A DNA stretch of 64,000 nucleotides from Dipteris shenzhenensis (lineage: Eukaryota): NCBI GenBank assembly GCA_047967505.1, contig CM106538.1, one strand, 5' to 3'. The notes below the pieces were generated by a model that did no database searches, had not been told where the DNA came from, and saw only the letters and a program-made list of their open reading frames with translations. Shown piece by piece: positions 35,430-47,099 of the stretch. How positions within the stretch are numbered: the first letter of the stretch is position 1; each line of letters begins with the position of its first letter. Made by a program: the position numbers and the translations under genes.

Positions 35430-36790
35430 ATCTGACAGAATTGCTAAGTAATTTGAATGCCATTAGAATGACTCCAGTTGTCTTTGCTGAATTTCCTGTA
35501 TGAGCAACGTAAATGAACCTCCTTACTAAGCATGATACTTTTTTATGTGTGATCCATTCGCAGCTGCCTTTAGCATCTTGCCCTCCATTGTGGCCAAATA
35601 AACTCTGCCACTCCCAACAATCTTCGTAATGATGAAGAGGGGTTCTCATCATGCCATGCATTCTGCCATACTTGTTGAGCAAACACTGCCTCCCGGGGGT
35701 GCTCCCAGATCCCGCAATGCAAGTTGTCCTTGGTAGTTTCCATGTGGAACTCATACTTGGTGCTAGCTTTGTAACAAAGTGGCTGGGAGTAAAGGATCCC
35801 AATCTCCAGGCAATTCAGGAAAAGTGTAGCCATGATGCCACAAATAATTTTATTGTTGCTCTCAGCTAGGCTAGTGCCACGAGGATAATATGGAATGGAC
35901 ACTTTTTGGATAATATGGAGTGGACAGTTTTAGGATAATTTGAGTTGTGTGCCGAGTGTGCTAATGATTTCATTTAAGAAATGGGATGCTTGATCAGTCA
36001 TCTATTCCACTGGGCACTCAACCTAGAGATTATCTGATAATATGGGAACGTGGCCACTACTTGGGTAGTGCATGTTGATATTGCCGTGGCCTCTACCCAC
36101 TTGCTACCATAGTTTTTGGGGACCAATATATACGTCAGCCCCCGTCTTGTGACACAAGTGATTGGCTCCACAAAATCCAAACCTGAGTGATAGTATGATG
36201 GTATGGGGCTAAATGGTTTGAGGGGTAGACACTCATGTTTGGGGCCTTGCTCCTTGACAAGAGTCACTTTTGCACACATGTACATGATTGTCCTAGAACG
36301 TGGTCCACCAAAATCTAGCTCGCATGATCTTCTCGGCAGTGGCTTTTGGAGACATGTGACCTCCAGTGCTTCACTCATACCAGCATGAGCCTCGTCCAGG
36401 ATCGACTGAATTTTCTGCTGGAGCACGCACTGTCTCAAGATGTGATCCTTTCCTAGCTTGTATAACTGCCTTGCAATCGATTTGAAAGGGGCAGCTTGAA
36501 CGATGCATTTCCTCTTCTTGGTGGAGTCAGTCCTTGGAGAAACTCTCCAGTGGACAAAAGATGAAGTATGTTGGCATGACATGGTGGGAAGTACTCCACA
36601 GCAAACAAACATTTATCTAGTGTCGAGGTTACCCAAAAAAGGATAATCATCTTCAACACGAGTAGCTACATCCCTAAAGATATCCTTGATAGGTCTAAGT
36701 CAAATTCTTGCAAACAAAGGATCCACCTTCTTATTCTTCCCAATGAGACTGGATTTATTCAACAATGCATAAGAGCTTGATAACTAGTTG
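35430..36790 (-). mobile_element. Decayed Ty3/Gypsy integrase remnant in intron 1
   Basis: ILDEAHAG, GLDFVEPI and YILV..NYGSKWVEA..I are integrase motifs; the frame is broken. Confidence 0.8.
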
Positions 36791-36861
36791 ATGATAATTA
36801 TCATTATTCTTGGCTTCAGCAATCAAGAAAACATCTTCAGGTTTTTTTTGGTATCCCGCAG

Positions 36862-37243
36862 AAGCGAAATGTGAAGACAAACGCTTGCCTCATCTATGTC
36901 CCGATTCTTCTATGCATCCTCCTCCTTGTGATTCAAGTGGCTATCAATGCAGTCTTTTCCGGCTCAAACTATCAATGTGGTTGTCAGTGTGTGCACTCAA
37001 ATGGCACCTCAGGTTGCCAGAAGCAATGTGGAATACAATATTCTACCCAAATTCAAGCAGACAGCTGTGCTATTCCATCGCCTCCAGAATGGCCTGCATT
37101 TTTGCAAATACCTGCATCTCAGTACCGTGCAGTTGACCAATTTGAGTCAGAGTTTCCAGGATTGCCGGTTTCTTCTTGCCGGGGAAATGATTCTTGCCCT
37201 GTAACATTTCTTTATACAGGACAGAACAAGTCATTTGCTCAAG
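36862..37243 (+). CDS. ABCA: ABCA exon 2
   Basis: cag|AAG CGA AAT (KRNVKTN..IYVPILLCILL..CGCQC..CGIQYST..CAIPSPPEWP..LYTGQNKSFAQ), G|gtatg. Ends in phase 1. Confidence 0.93.
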
Positions 37244-37373
37244 GTATGCACGATTATAATGTTTCTGCTGTGTCAATTTACTGTTACTGTACTTTATATT
37301 TTGATATGTAGTGGGAAAAACTTGACAGAAGATTTGAAGCTACTCAATCTCATTTCTTAATGTGTAATGACAG

Positions 37374-37450
37374 CCATGGCATCACTTCTCTTGCATGGGT
37401 CAGTTCCTAGCTTGTCAGATCCTCTGGAGATTCTGTCAGATATTACTCCC
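37374..37450 (+). CDS. ABCA: ABCA exon 3
   Basis: cag|CC ATG...ACT CCC|gtgagt. Phases are compatible (1 to 0). Confidence 0.8.
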
Positions 37451-37698
37451 GTGAGTATATTTGCATATTTGGAACAAAAAAAGATTTTGGAATCATCTCT
37501 ACACCGAAGATGCATTAGAAATTCCTGCATGCTGCTGTGTGGGTGCAACAAAACATTGGTCTATTATCGGCATTGGAGTTGGCTGTACACTGAGGATATG
37601 CTAGAAAGTCGTCCAGTTTGAATACTAGTTATGCTGTGTGGGTGCAACAAAACTTGTAATGATTAATGACTTGTAAAATCATAACCATTAAACTTCAG

Positions 37699-37849
37699 GG
37701 AACAACAACATGGCCCTATTCCTCCAATTATATCGAACCTGCATTACTTTCCATTCAAGATTTATTTGTGCTCCCATCAAATTGTTCAGTACTGCCTTCT
37801 GGTGGCGTCCCAGTATCATTTCCACTGGGAACAGAATTGTTATCTACTG
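37699..37849 (+). CDS. ABCA: ABCA exon 4
   Basis: cag|GGA (GTTTWPYSSNYIEPAL..CS..), G|gtaaat. Phase 0 to 1. Confidence 0.85.
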
Positions 37850-38001
37850 GTAAATTATCCTTTGCAGTCGATATTTAATTTTACAATGAGACTGAAAAGA
37901 TACATGAAGAGCAGGAAAGTATCTCATTTCCATATAGATTTTGCAAATTGGATCCTTTACGAACAATTCCTTTTCAGCTTACGCATGGCTAATTGATTCA
38001 G

Positions 38002-38121
38002 TCATTCATTGCCTCGAAACAAGAATCTTGTGGAGAGACAGCTACAACACCATAAATACTGAGCTCTATCAAGGGTTTCGCAAGGGCAATCCAAGCAATG
38101 AGATCAATGAAATTTCTGTAG
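38002..38121 (+). CDS. ABCA: ABCA exon 5
   Basis: cag|TC (VIHCLETRILWRDS..INTELYQGFRKGN..INEI), G|gtgagt. Phase 1 to 1. Confidence 0.9.
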
Positions 38122-38743
38122 GTGAGTTTCATATTTTGAGAGATGATAGATTAAAATGAGATCCAAGTTGCAGCCTGTTGGTATTGCGATAATTCTTTCT
38201 ATCTTAAATGGTGCGTTGCCCTACCAGCTAGATTTAGATATAGATGCTCGTTTGGGAGAGACTAAAATGCAATCGTTTAGACTTCACAAGCAGTTGTAGC
38301 TTGAATGAAGAGATTTGGACTACTTTTTGATTAGCCTTCTCCTTTAGTGCTAGCCTTCATCATGGCTGAGTTTGCCCTTCACCTCCGGAGTGCCGACAGA
38401 AACTCAGTACGAAGACTTTGTATAAATGGATGCTCAAGTATGTGTGGGTGTGTGGATTTGTATGTGTGAGAGCATACTTTTATACTATGGTCTACACCCA
38501 CTGTTGGGCGCTGATGACGTCAGTGGGGATGTCATACTAGCTAGTCCCTGCTATGCATGATGGAGTTTATGGTTCTCAATCTTATGAGTGACTCTTGTGA
38601 GATTGAAACTGCACTATGTTGTGTTTTTAGAGGATGAGTTTGGGAATGTTCGTGGATTCATCTAGGTAGATGATAGATTAAAATTGCTGCTTTGAGTCAC
38701 TACAAATTTAAATTGAACTTATTATATTGAATTGAAATTTCAG

Positions 38744-38868
38744 CATATGATTTTGGATCGACAATGGCAAAGAAATTTGATGTGACCATTGGATACAATG
38801 CCACATATAAGAATGACACGGGAAATGGACCTCCTGGATTAGTTCGAGTTTCTCGCTCAATGAATCTG
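38744..38868 (+). CDS. ABCA: ABCA exon 6
   Basis: cag|CA (AYDFGST..FDVTIGYNATYKND..LVRVSRSMNL)|gtatgt. Too short to appear in the ORF track. Confidence 0.92.
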
Positions 38869-39937
38869 GTATGTTTCTCTTTTATGAATTTTGATGATCA
38901 GTTTTTGTTTCTTCAATGATTATATTCATCTATTAAATTAACAAATCCTTGATCTAACAACTATAGGTCTGACGTAAACCACTTACAATCTGTTGGGATC
39001 CAGGTTTTGTTCTAGAGGTATCAAATGGTTTGAATCAACATGTCTGTTTCGTATTAAGCATTCAGAAAGTTGCAAGAAAGATGGGAATCTAATTAAAACA
39101 TGGGAATACTGATGTTACAAAATAGAGACATGTGTTAATAAGTCCATGTTACTTGTATACAAAAAATCAAGCTGTTTAGCTAAAAGCTAGTCACGAGGAC
39201 GATACTATGTAATAATTCATCCTCTCAATCTATAGAATTTAACTCATGAATGAAACTATATTCATGGCTGAAAATAAGTAGGCTGGAAAGAAATAGAATA
39301 AAAAGCCTAGGCTTTTCAAGAAGTACACTAACGTAACATAGTAGACTAACATAGATTTTGTATTACCATTCTTGTTACCTCATTTGATACTAAACCTATT
39401 ACAAAGACAAGTCTCTTGAGTTTTCTAATGATGTTAAGCAACGGAACCTGCTTGCCCAGAACCTGCATGTGGGAGTGATCATAAAGAGGCGCGCATGTGG
39501 CCACCTTGGCAATAGTTTTGATTCCAAGCCCTAGTGTAGGAATCCGCTTCGCAAGCTCTTCTTGAATCTGAGTAGGAGTTTTGAAGTCCGGTGGCTTGCA
39601 ACTTTTTAAGCAGAGGCACTTGCCTAAGATGAGAGGGTTGATCACACAGATGCTCTTCCATCTGGTTCAGATGCTAAATGATGTTCAGAGCTTCGAGTTT
39701 AGAAGGCTCCTAAAGATTGTTGCACACACTAACTACTTGACACACATAGCTATGCTTTCAAGTTTCATCCAGACACTTATCTATTAGTAACTTATGGGCT
39801 ATGTTTGCCCCTTAATACAATGGACTTCCAGTGTCACATGCAATGGTTTATGATCATGTGAATTGCAGCAAGATCTTCTTTAAACCTCTAGCGAGTCGTA
39901 ATTCAATGTGCACCACAGAGAGGGGAGAGGGGCGTAT

Positions 39938-40543
39938 TGTTGGAAATAGAGGATAGAATCACTCACTCCTCACACTCCCGATCGCAGCTCAAACAACACT
40001 CAAAGAGGAGGGGAGAGAAAGATAGCAAAACTCAGATATGTATTCATCCACAGATGTGGGCGAACAAAAGCTCAAAGATGAGCATACAACCAGCCACGAG
40101 ATGCTGGACCAACTCCTGCGTCTACTCCTCTCCCTGTGCGCTTGCTGGTGCAAGGCAAGTCTGTGCAGGTGATGATAAATGAGGGAGGAGTGGAGCCCTT
40201 TTTATAGGAGGGCCTGCTGCCCTTAACATGGCTGACCAGGCCAGTCGGCTGCAGCCAATTGCACCAACCTCTGAAGGGGCCTAAATGGCCGCCCCTTGGT
40301 CGGTTTCTGGGTCAGCCTCCTGGCCTATATAAGGCCCCATATGTTGGGCTTTTGTGCTGCTGCTGGCTGGTACTGGTACTGCTGCATATGCCCCCCACAT
40401 GGTGCTGGGGCAATCCTCCACGCAGGCTGCTGACGCAATTCTCCACTCAGCCAGGTACCCTCAGTCCTTTTCCCCCCTATAGTCTCCTGCCCCCTTGTCC
40501 CTCCAATCGGGGGCTCACAGGTGGGGCAGTGGCATTTCTAACA
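39938..40543 (-). mobile_element. Solo LTR (606 bp)
   Basis: TGTTGGAAA...TTTCTAACA, flanks CGTAT/CGTAG (4/5 TSD match). Homologous to 7747-8333. Confidence 0.85.
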
Positions 40544-40889
40544 CGTAGAGACAGATCAAAGGAGCCATACAACCAGTTGTGTCCCTGTACCCATTGAGGG
40601 CCCCCTCCTACAGCATGTAGGAGAATTTCTTTTAACATACAGAACTGAAAATACGATGTCGAAAACACTCTTCTAAAAAGAAAAAGGTTGCAACTCTGAG
40701 GAGAGACCTGGGAATGCCAAACAAAGACCAAAAACCTGAGAAACAGCTTTAGCCAATGATCGAGCCTCAATGCTTTCCACACTGTCAATGTAGACCACTC
40801 TGCGAGGCTGAGAATGAAGATTGTGCTGCCCACAGGCATGCAGGTTCTATGTGAGTCAGAGACTGAGCATGAGAGCTGAGAATGAGAAT

Positions 40890-43160
40890 TGTTGGCTGTG
40901 TGACCCTCGGAGGTCTTTTAATGCTTTGTGGTAAAGACTATGGTTGTGAAGGGTGTGACAACAAACCTCGTGGGTTGATTGGACCATGCAACTGGAATAG
41001 CATCCATTGGCTGGGCAATTCAAGGCATCCTTGATTGGGAAGGCGGTTTCTTGCATGAAGGTGACGGTTCTGGTGGCTCCTACAGAGACGAAGGCTTTAG
41101 TTTCTTCTTTAAACTGCGCTGATCATAGTAGTATAGGTGAGGGTGTTTTTATTGAGTTGTATGTGTCACCTTTGAGATGTAGACATCGATTCTTCTGTCA
41201 GCAGCTCTGTAGGATCTTTTGGGCTGGCTGGTAGATGCTGGGTTGTTAGAACTAGTCTTTGTAATGAGCAAAAAGCCCGGTCGGGATGAGCTCCTTCTTT
41301 TGAATATGGTAGTGCAGGTTTGTCTTCATTTCATCTTGATATTGTGTTGCTTCATTCAAGTACTGAGTGAGAGAGCCTTTTGAAAGCTTGTCATTTTATG
41401 TAAAGCAATCGATATTTTATGTGCTGGTAAAACTGGTAATTGCATTCGAGTTCCAACAATTAGTATCAGAGCAGTGCGTTGAGTGTCTGTGAGAGCTTGC
41501 TGGGTTCATCCAAGAGTTTTTTGACATTAAAGTTGCTTTGAGAGGGTCGGGGTGATTGACGGTAACACTATGATGGATTCTTGGAGTAAAGAGAAGATGG
41601 AGAGTTCTTTATTTAAGTTTGATGGTAGAAACTTCGCTGCATGGCAACTCGACTCGTCTGCATCTCATGCAGAAAACCCTATGGAGCATTCTGTTAGGAA
41701 CCGAAAAGAAGCCAAAGGAGAATGAGCCAGAGAAGATATCATTATGGAAGCAACGAAATGAAAAAGTAGTTGGAATTTTTGGAAAAGCTTTGGGCGAGGA
41801 TTAGTTTCATCATATCGACGTCACTAAGAATGCGGTAGAGAACTGGACCATTGTGGAAACACTCTTTGGACATAAGATGAAGCATTTAAAATTATTTCTA
41901 AAACATGAGGTTTTCAGTTTCAAGATGGGCAATTCCGAGACCCTTGGTAGGTGCTTAAATAGGTTTCAGTATTTGCTAAAACAGTTGAATGTGCTAGGGT
42001 CTAACGTAGACTAGGAAGACACAAAGGCAATACTCCCCTTGGCGATTTCCCATGAATATCCCGCATTGGTTCAAATACTTAGTGTGGGTTCTGATGAACT
42101 CGAGTTCATTGATTTGGTTTCATCTATGTTATTGAGCGAGGAAAGATGTATGAGCACAAGCTTCCACGTTGGAGAGCCAACTTATGCAGCGAACAGAATA
42201 GAGAAGAAGGGTACTGGAAAGAAAGTCAGCAACAAGGGTAAGGAGATTCTGAGATGTTCTTATTGTGGTAAAGAGGGACAGGGCGACATATGTTGTTATA
42301 AAAAGGCATTCGATATGCAACATAAGGAGAGGGCATATCTAGTTGAAGACGCTCCACCTGCAGAGGAGATTGCGGGTGTTGCAGATGACGGTCCTGCGGC
42401 GTGCCTGTCTGGGTGGTAGCCTTTTTTGGTCTCTTTCAGTGGTTTTTAGCTTAGCATACTATGTGGACGTCTTCTACTAGATGATTGTACTGCGTTCCCT
42501 CCTCAGTTCATGGGAGGATTTTGTCTGTGTGACCCTTAGAGGTCTTTTAATGCTTCATGGTAAAGACTATGATTGTGAAGGGGGTGACAAACCTCGTGAG
42601 GTGATTGGACCATGAAACTCGAATAACATCCATTGGCTGGGCAATTCAAGGCGTCCAAGTGTCAGTTGATTGGCAAGGCAATTTCATGCACAAAGGCGAC
42701 GGCTCTGGTGGCTCTTACATAGACGGAGGCTTGTGACCCTTCAATTTCTTTTTCGACTGTGCAGGTCCTGGTAGTATAGGTGAGAGTGTTTTTATTGAGT
42801 TGTACGTGTCGCCTTCGAGATTTCTGTCAGCAACTCCATAGGATCTTTTGGGCTGGCTGGCAGATGCTAGGTAGTTAGAACTGATCTTTGTAATGAGTTG
42901 AAAGCCCAGTCGGGATGAGCTCCTTCTTTTTGAATATCATAGTGTGGGTTTGCTTTCATTTCATCTTGATATTGTGTCGCTTCATTCCAGTACTGACTGA
43001 GAGAGCCTTTTGAAATCTTGTCATGTTATGTAAAGCAATTGATATTTTATGTTTGTGGTAATTACTACCCGGTGGTGGTGGCTCTCATCAACTACGTCCG
43101 TGGTGGCTAACACTACAAGATGTGCTGGTAAAACGTGGTAATTGCATTCGAGTTCCAACA
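40890..43160 (+). mobile_element. Gag-only Copia-type LTR element (TR-GAG-like, 2271 bp), decayed
   Basis: LTRs at 40890-41458 and ~42519-43160. Perfect TSD AGAAT. PBS TAGTATCAGAGC at 41461, PPT GGGAGGA. The interior has only a Copia gag (FDGRNFAAW, CSYCGKEG knuckle). Confidence 0.88.
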
Positions 43161-43687
43161 AGAATGAGAAAGACTGAGGAAAGGCTACTGAAACAGGCCC
43201 AGATATGCCTCCACTTGCTGCTGTCCAAGGTACACCACTGCTATGTGACCAGATCGGCCAGTGTTGGGCCTGACGAGGCCCTATAAAAAGGGCCTACGCT
43301 TTCTGTTTCCAACATTCAGCCCTGGCCTTATCCTCCTACATTTTCAGCCTGCTGCCACGCACAGTTCCAGCCTTGCTCCATGCATTGAATAAGCTCCAAA
43401 CCCTCACCAATTAGGGGCAGACATCCAAGGGCTTACTTGGTAAGCCCAATTGGGCCGACCTAGACGACCAGGTTGGCCTATAAAAGGCTGCCTAGTCTGG
43501 CCCATTTTGGCAGCCCTAAGGCTGGCCATTGGGCCTACCTAACCTAGGCTTGACACAGCTAATCCTACGCAGTTCTCCAATGGGTACTAGTTAACTTAGG
43601 CTGGGAATGGACCTACATAGCTTGTGCCTGACTCGTCCCTAGACTATGGCTCATAATATGCACCCTAGTGCAGGGGTGCATGTGACA

Positions 43688-44272
43688 TCTGGCATCGTGT
43701 ATCTATCTTTCCATCAGTTCTCGTGTGGCCACTCCAATCAAAGTTACATTGCCATTGCAAATAATCCTGTTTTTCATCCTCGCATTAAGCACATTGAAAA
43801 TCAAGATCATTATATCAGGGGTTGTATTGAGATGGTTTCATCGACCTTATCTATTTCCATCCAAGGACGATGTGGCGGATATCTTCAGCAAGAGCCTCTC
43901 CACAGAAGTCTTTGTACATCATTGAGAAGGCTTGGGGATGAGGGGCACACAACCTATGTCAAGGGGGGTTATAAAATGACATTGTTATATTTTTGTACCC
44001 CCATAGGTTGCTATAACCTTATGGATGAATTTGTGCAATCATGGTACTTTAGATACCTTAGGTACTGTTGAGACATGTCCAAATTCCTTTAGCCATACCA
44101 TTGAGGCAGGATTTGTAGGAATATTACAATGGTATGGTTATGTAGGCTAGAATTAGCTTAATTAAATTAGTCTATGTTGTTTTTCGTATATAACCCAATT
44201 GTGATAGTAGGGGGCCAATAGAAGTAGCTGTTCAAGCTGATAATAATCTTCAAAACCAAAAATTTTCCACAC
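43688..44272 (+). mobile_element. Copia RNaseH end, PPT and probable 3' LTR remnant
   Basis: NQSYIAIANNPVFHPRIKHIE and DDVADIFSKSL, then AAGGGGGG. Confidence 0.7.
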
Positions 44273-44509
44273 ATTGGTGGCATCATCTTTGCTCTACTCC
44301 TCTGGCTGCTGTTGGACACTCAATGGTGAAACTGAGTTGGGGATTTCCTTCTCAGTGGCGTGCTCGGAACCAAAGTCAAGCAGTTCTACAAGCTTTGCTC
44401 ATGCAATATGGACTGTTGGATCTTTATAGCCATATTCTCATGGTCTTATCATTAAGGAGACTACCGAGTTGGTTGATTAGAGCTCGCATCCTCAACACAA
44501 AGTCTTAGA

Positions 44510-45400
44510 TGGACTCATTCTTCTTTAGAATGTGGTCCATGGTTCCATGATCACGCCGGAATCCAGCCTGTCCTGCTGCTCTGAGTCCTTGACACTCTGC
44601 AAGTCTGCTAACCTCGGAGTCAAGTACTGATGCATAAATCTTGGACAGGACATGTCCAATCATAATGGTCCTGTAGTTCTCTAGGCTCATGGGATTTCCT
44701 GCCTTGTGGATCGGTGAGATACTGTTAATGGTCCAAGTGTGTGGAAATCCCAAACAAACCGCTTCATTAAAAAGCTTTGCTAAGATCGGGGCTAGGAGGT
44801 TAATCCCATATGCAATGAACTCAGTACATAGTCCCTCATGATCCTTCGCTCGGCCTTTATGAAGTTTCATTATAGCATCCTTTACCCCTCCTCTAGTGAA
44901 GAGGGTGCAGGATGTGGGACGAGGCATGTGTGAGAGGCTAGGGACCTGGCTGATTTGGGATGTCATAAAGTGTGCGTGCATAATCAAACCAGATCTGGGT
45001 GTCAGTGAGTGGCGGAGGAGACCGTCCTTCTAGAAATCTCTGCCAGAAGTCCTTAGAGTTACTAAACAAAATGTTCAGTAGCTCCTCCTCGTTTCGACGA
45101 ACGAAGTCTAGTTTCTTCCTTCGTACCAGTCTACGGTATTCACGTAGCATATCTGGTGCGCTCGGAAGACTGTTTTTGGTTTCGAATCTGAGTTGACGGC
45201 GTAAGGCCTTGCACTCATCATCGTACCAACTATTACAGGGTACGGTTCCAGGGGATGGTGGGCAGGTGGAGCGGGTGGTGTGGGGAAAGGCGCGAATGGC
45301 AGCCTCGTGTAGTGAGCGGGTGACAAGGGCAGCACGATCCTCTAAAAGGGGTATGAAGTCAATATAAGTGGGCTTAATCGTCATTGTCATGGAAGAGCGC
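44510..45400 (-). mobile_element. RTEX/RTE-like LINE ORF2 fragment
   Basis: WYDDECK..YRRLVRRKK..DFWQRF; KLHKGRAKDHEGL..E; PIHKAG..NYRTIMI; GQAGFRRDHGTMDHI. Confidence 0.8.
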
Positions 45401-46970
45401 CTACCCCTTGTAGTTGCTGGGTAGAACATGGTTGAAAAGTACTGAATTCACGACTAGGGTACCGAGATGATGACTATTGGGATAGAAGATATTGAGATTC
45501 AGATACCTACCAATCCAAGCAAGATTCACAAAGCTTACAGGTTCCGAGAGTTGAAAGTTAATGACCAATTCCCATAGGACATGGAGACACACCTGATGGA
45601 ACTCAATAGTTTCCCAATAAGAGAGATTGATCTATTCCAAGCTGCAACAACAAATGTCAAGCAGGTCCATCGAGCCGAATAGATTGCTAAATAGAAGACC
45701 CTCTTTGGAACACTTCATGGAGAATTGAGAAGGTGAACAGGAACCGAGACAATTGCCCTTGAGCTTGTTCAAGAATTGAACTTGGGAATTGAGGAGGTGG
45801 CAAGTGCCTTGTACGGTCAAAATAAGCCAAGCAGTGGGCCCTCCCAATTGTAAAGTATACAAGATCTTTTCTTTGAGTCTAACAATGTGTTAGTATTGGA
45901 TCCCCTTGATAGAAGGTGCAAAGCTAGTACACCAACGATGCTTCTGCATGAACCCGAACTATGCAAAATAGGTAAAGGCTGAGCTGGATTAGCTCATCAA
46001 GGCAGGGTGGGGGCATGGTAACATTTATGCTTTAGATAGGAGTGACTAGTTGTTCCCTATGGTTGTGGTCCCAAAAATGAGCGGAAAATTCCAAGTGTGT
46101 GTAAATTATTGCAAGTTGAAATCCCAAACGATATGAGACCCATTTTACGATCCTATTCATTGATAGTAAGTAGGCAGGCATGCATTGTATACTTTTATGA
46201 ATGGCTACAATGGCTACAACTAGATTTCCATTGCCGAGGAAGACCAACAAAAAACAGTATTCGTCACCGTATGGGGTGCATGCATGTGCAAGGTCATGCC
46301 ATTCAGATTATTGAACACACCTTCCGCCTTCTAGTAGTTCATGATTGGGACCTTCAGGCAATTTACTTAGATGATTTTGTGTGTACACAAGTGAAATCAA
46401 TCTTTTATTGTTTAAAGAAAGTCTTTAAGAGATGATCTAGGCAATCAAGTGGATGCTTGAGCCGAGCAATCTCACCCAGCTCTGCTCATTCATAAGTCTT
46501 ATCAGCTTCTGCCACTTATTCATCAAGGACTTTGCTCAAGTAAGTAGCTGCACCATTATACGAGCTCACCAAGAAGGAAGTGAAGTTAGCGGGCTGAAGA
46601 CCGAGCTGCAGCATATAAAGAGTTAAAAAAATGAGCAACGACCTCACCCATGTTGCAATAGCTGAGATGCGTCGTCATTTTTCATGTACATGTGGTCGCG
46701 TCAGGATACGCCATCGGAGTCACCCTTGCACAACCAAAAGGACGCTTAAATTACCGTGTATATCATACAAGTAGGATGGTGACGCTTTATTGAATTCAAC
46801 CACGGCACTATCGATTGTGAAGCCCTTGTATGGTTTTTAGTGTTTAAAAATTCAGGCATTATCTATATGAAAATCCTTTTATCTTTTGTATTGATCATCA
46901 CTCATTATTGTATCTAATTAACAAAACATTATAGTGCGTTGGATGTTATTGCTGCTGGAATTTAACTTAG
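45400..46970. mobile_element. Decayed Gypsy pol remnants (RT on + from ~45900)
   Basis: MNPNYAK*VKAELD*LIKAG, GYN*ISIAEEDQQKT and VVASGYAIGVTLAQ remnants. Confidence 0.7.
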
Positions 46971-47099
46971 AAAGTCACATGTAGGATTGGATTGTTTATC
47001 CTAACTTCTGGTGTCTCAAGAAGAGAAAGGAGTTTGATGGAGCTACCACATGCACACTTGTATGCAGTTGAATCTCAGAGCTAGAATATGACGAGTTGC

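Larger units (their letters stand above)
39832..43687. mobile_element. Solo LTR (~970 bp net) carrying two nested insertions
   Basis: 11-bp terminal inverted repeat TGTCACATGCA...TGCATGTGACA. Flanks TCCAG and TCTGG could be a decayed TSD. Confidence 0.65.

Noticed and set aside
37527-37653. Short direct repeat GCTGTGTGGGTGCAACAAAAC in ABCA intron 3
   Set aside because: Only ~21 bp in two copies, with no TIRs or other structure to support an element.
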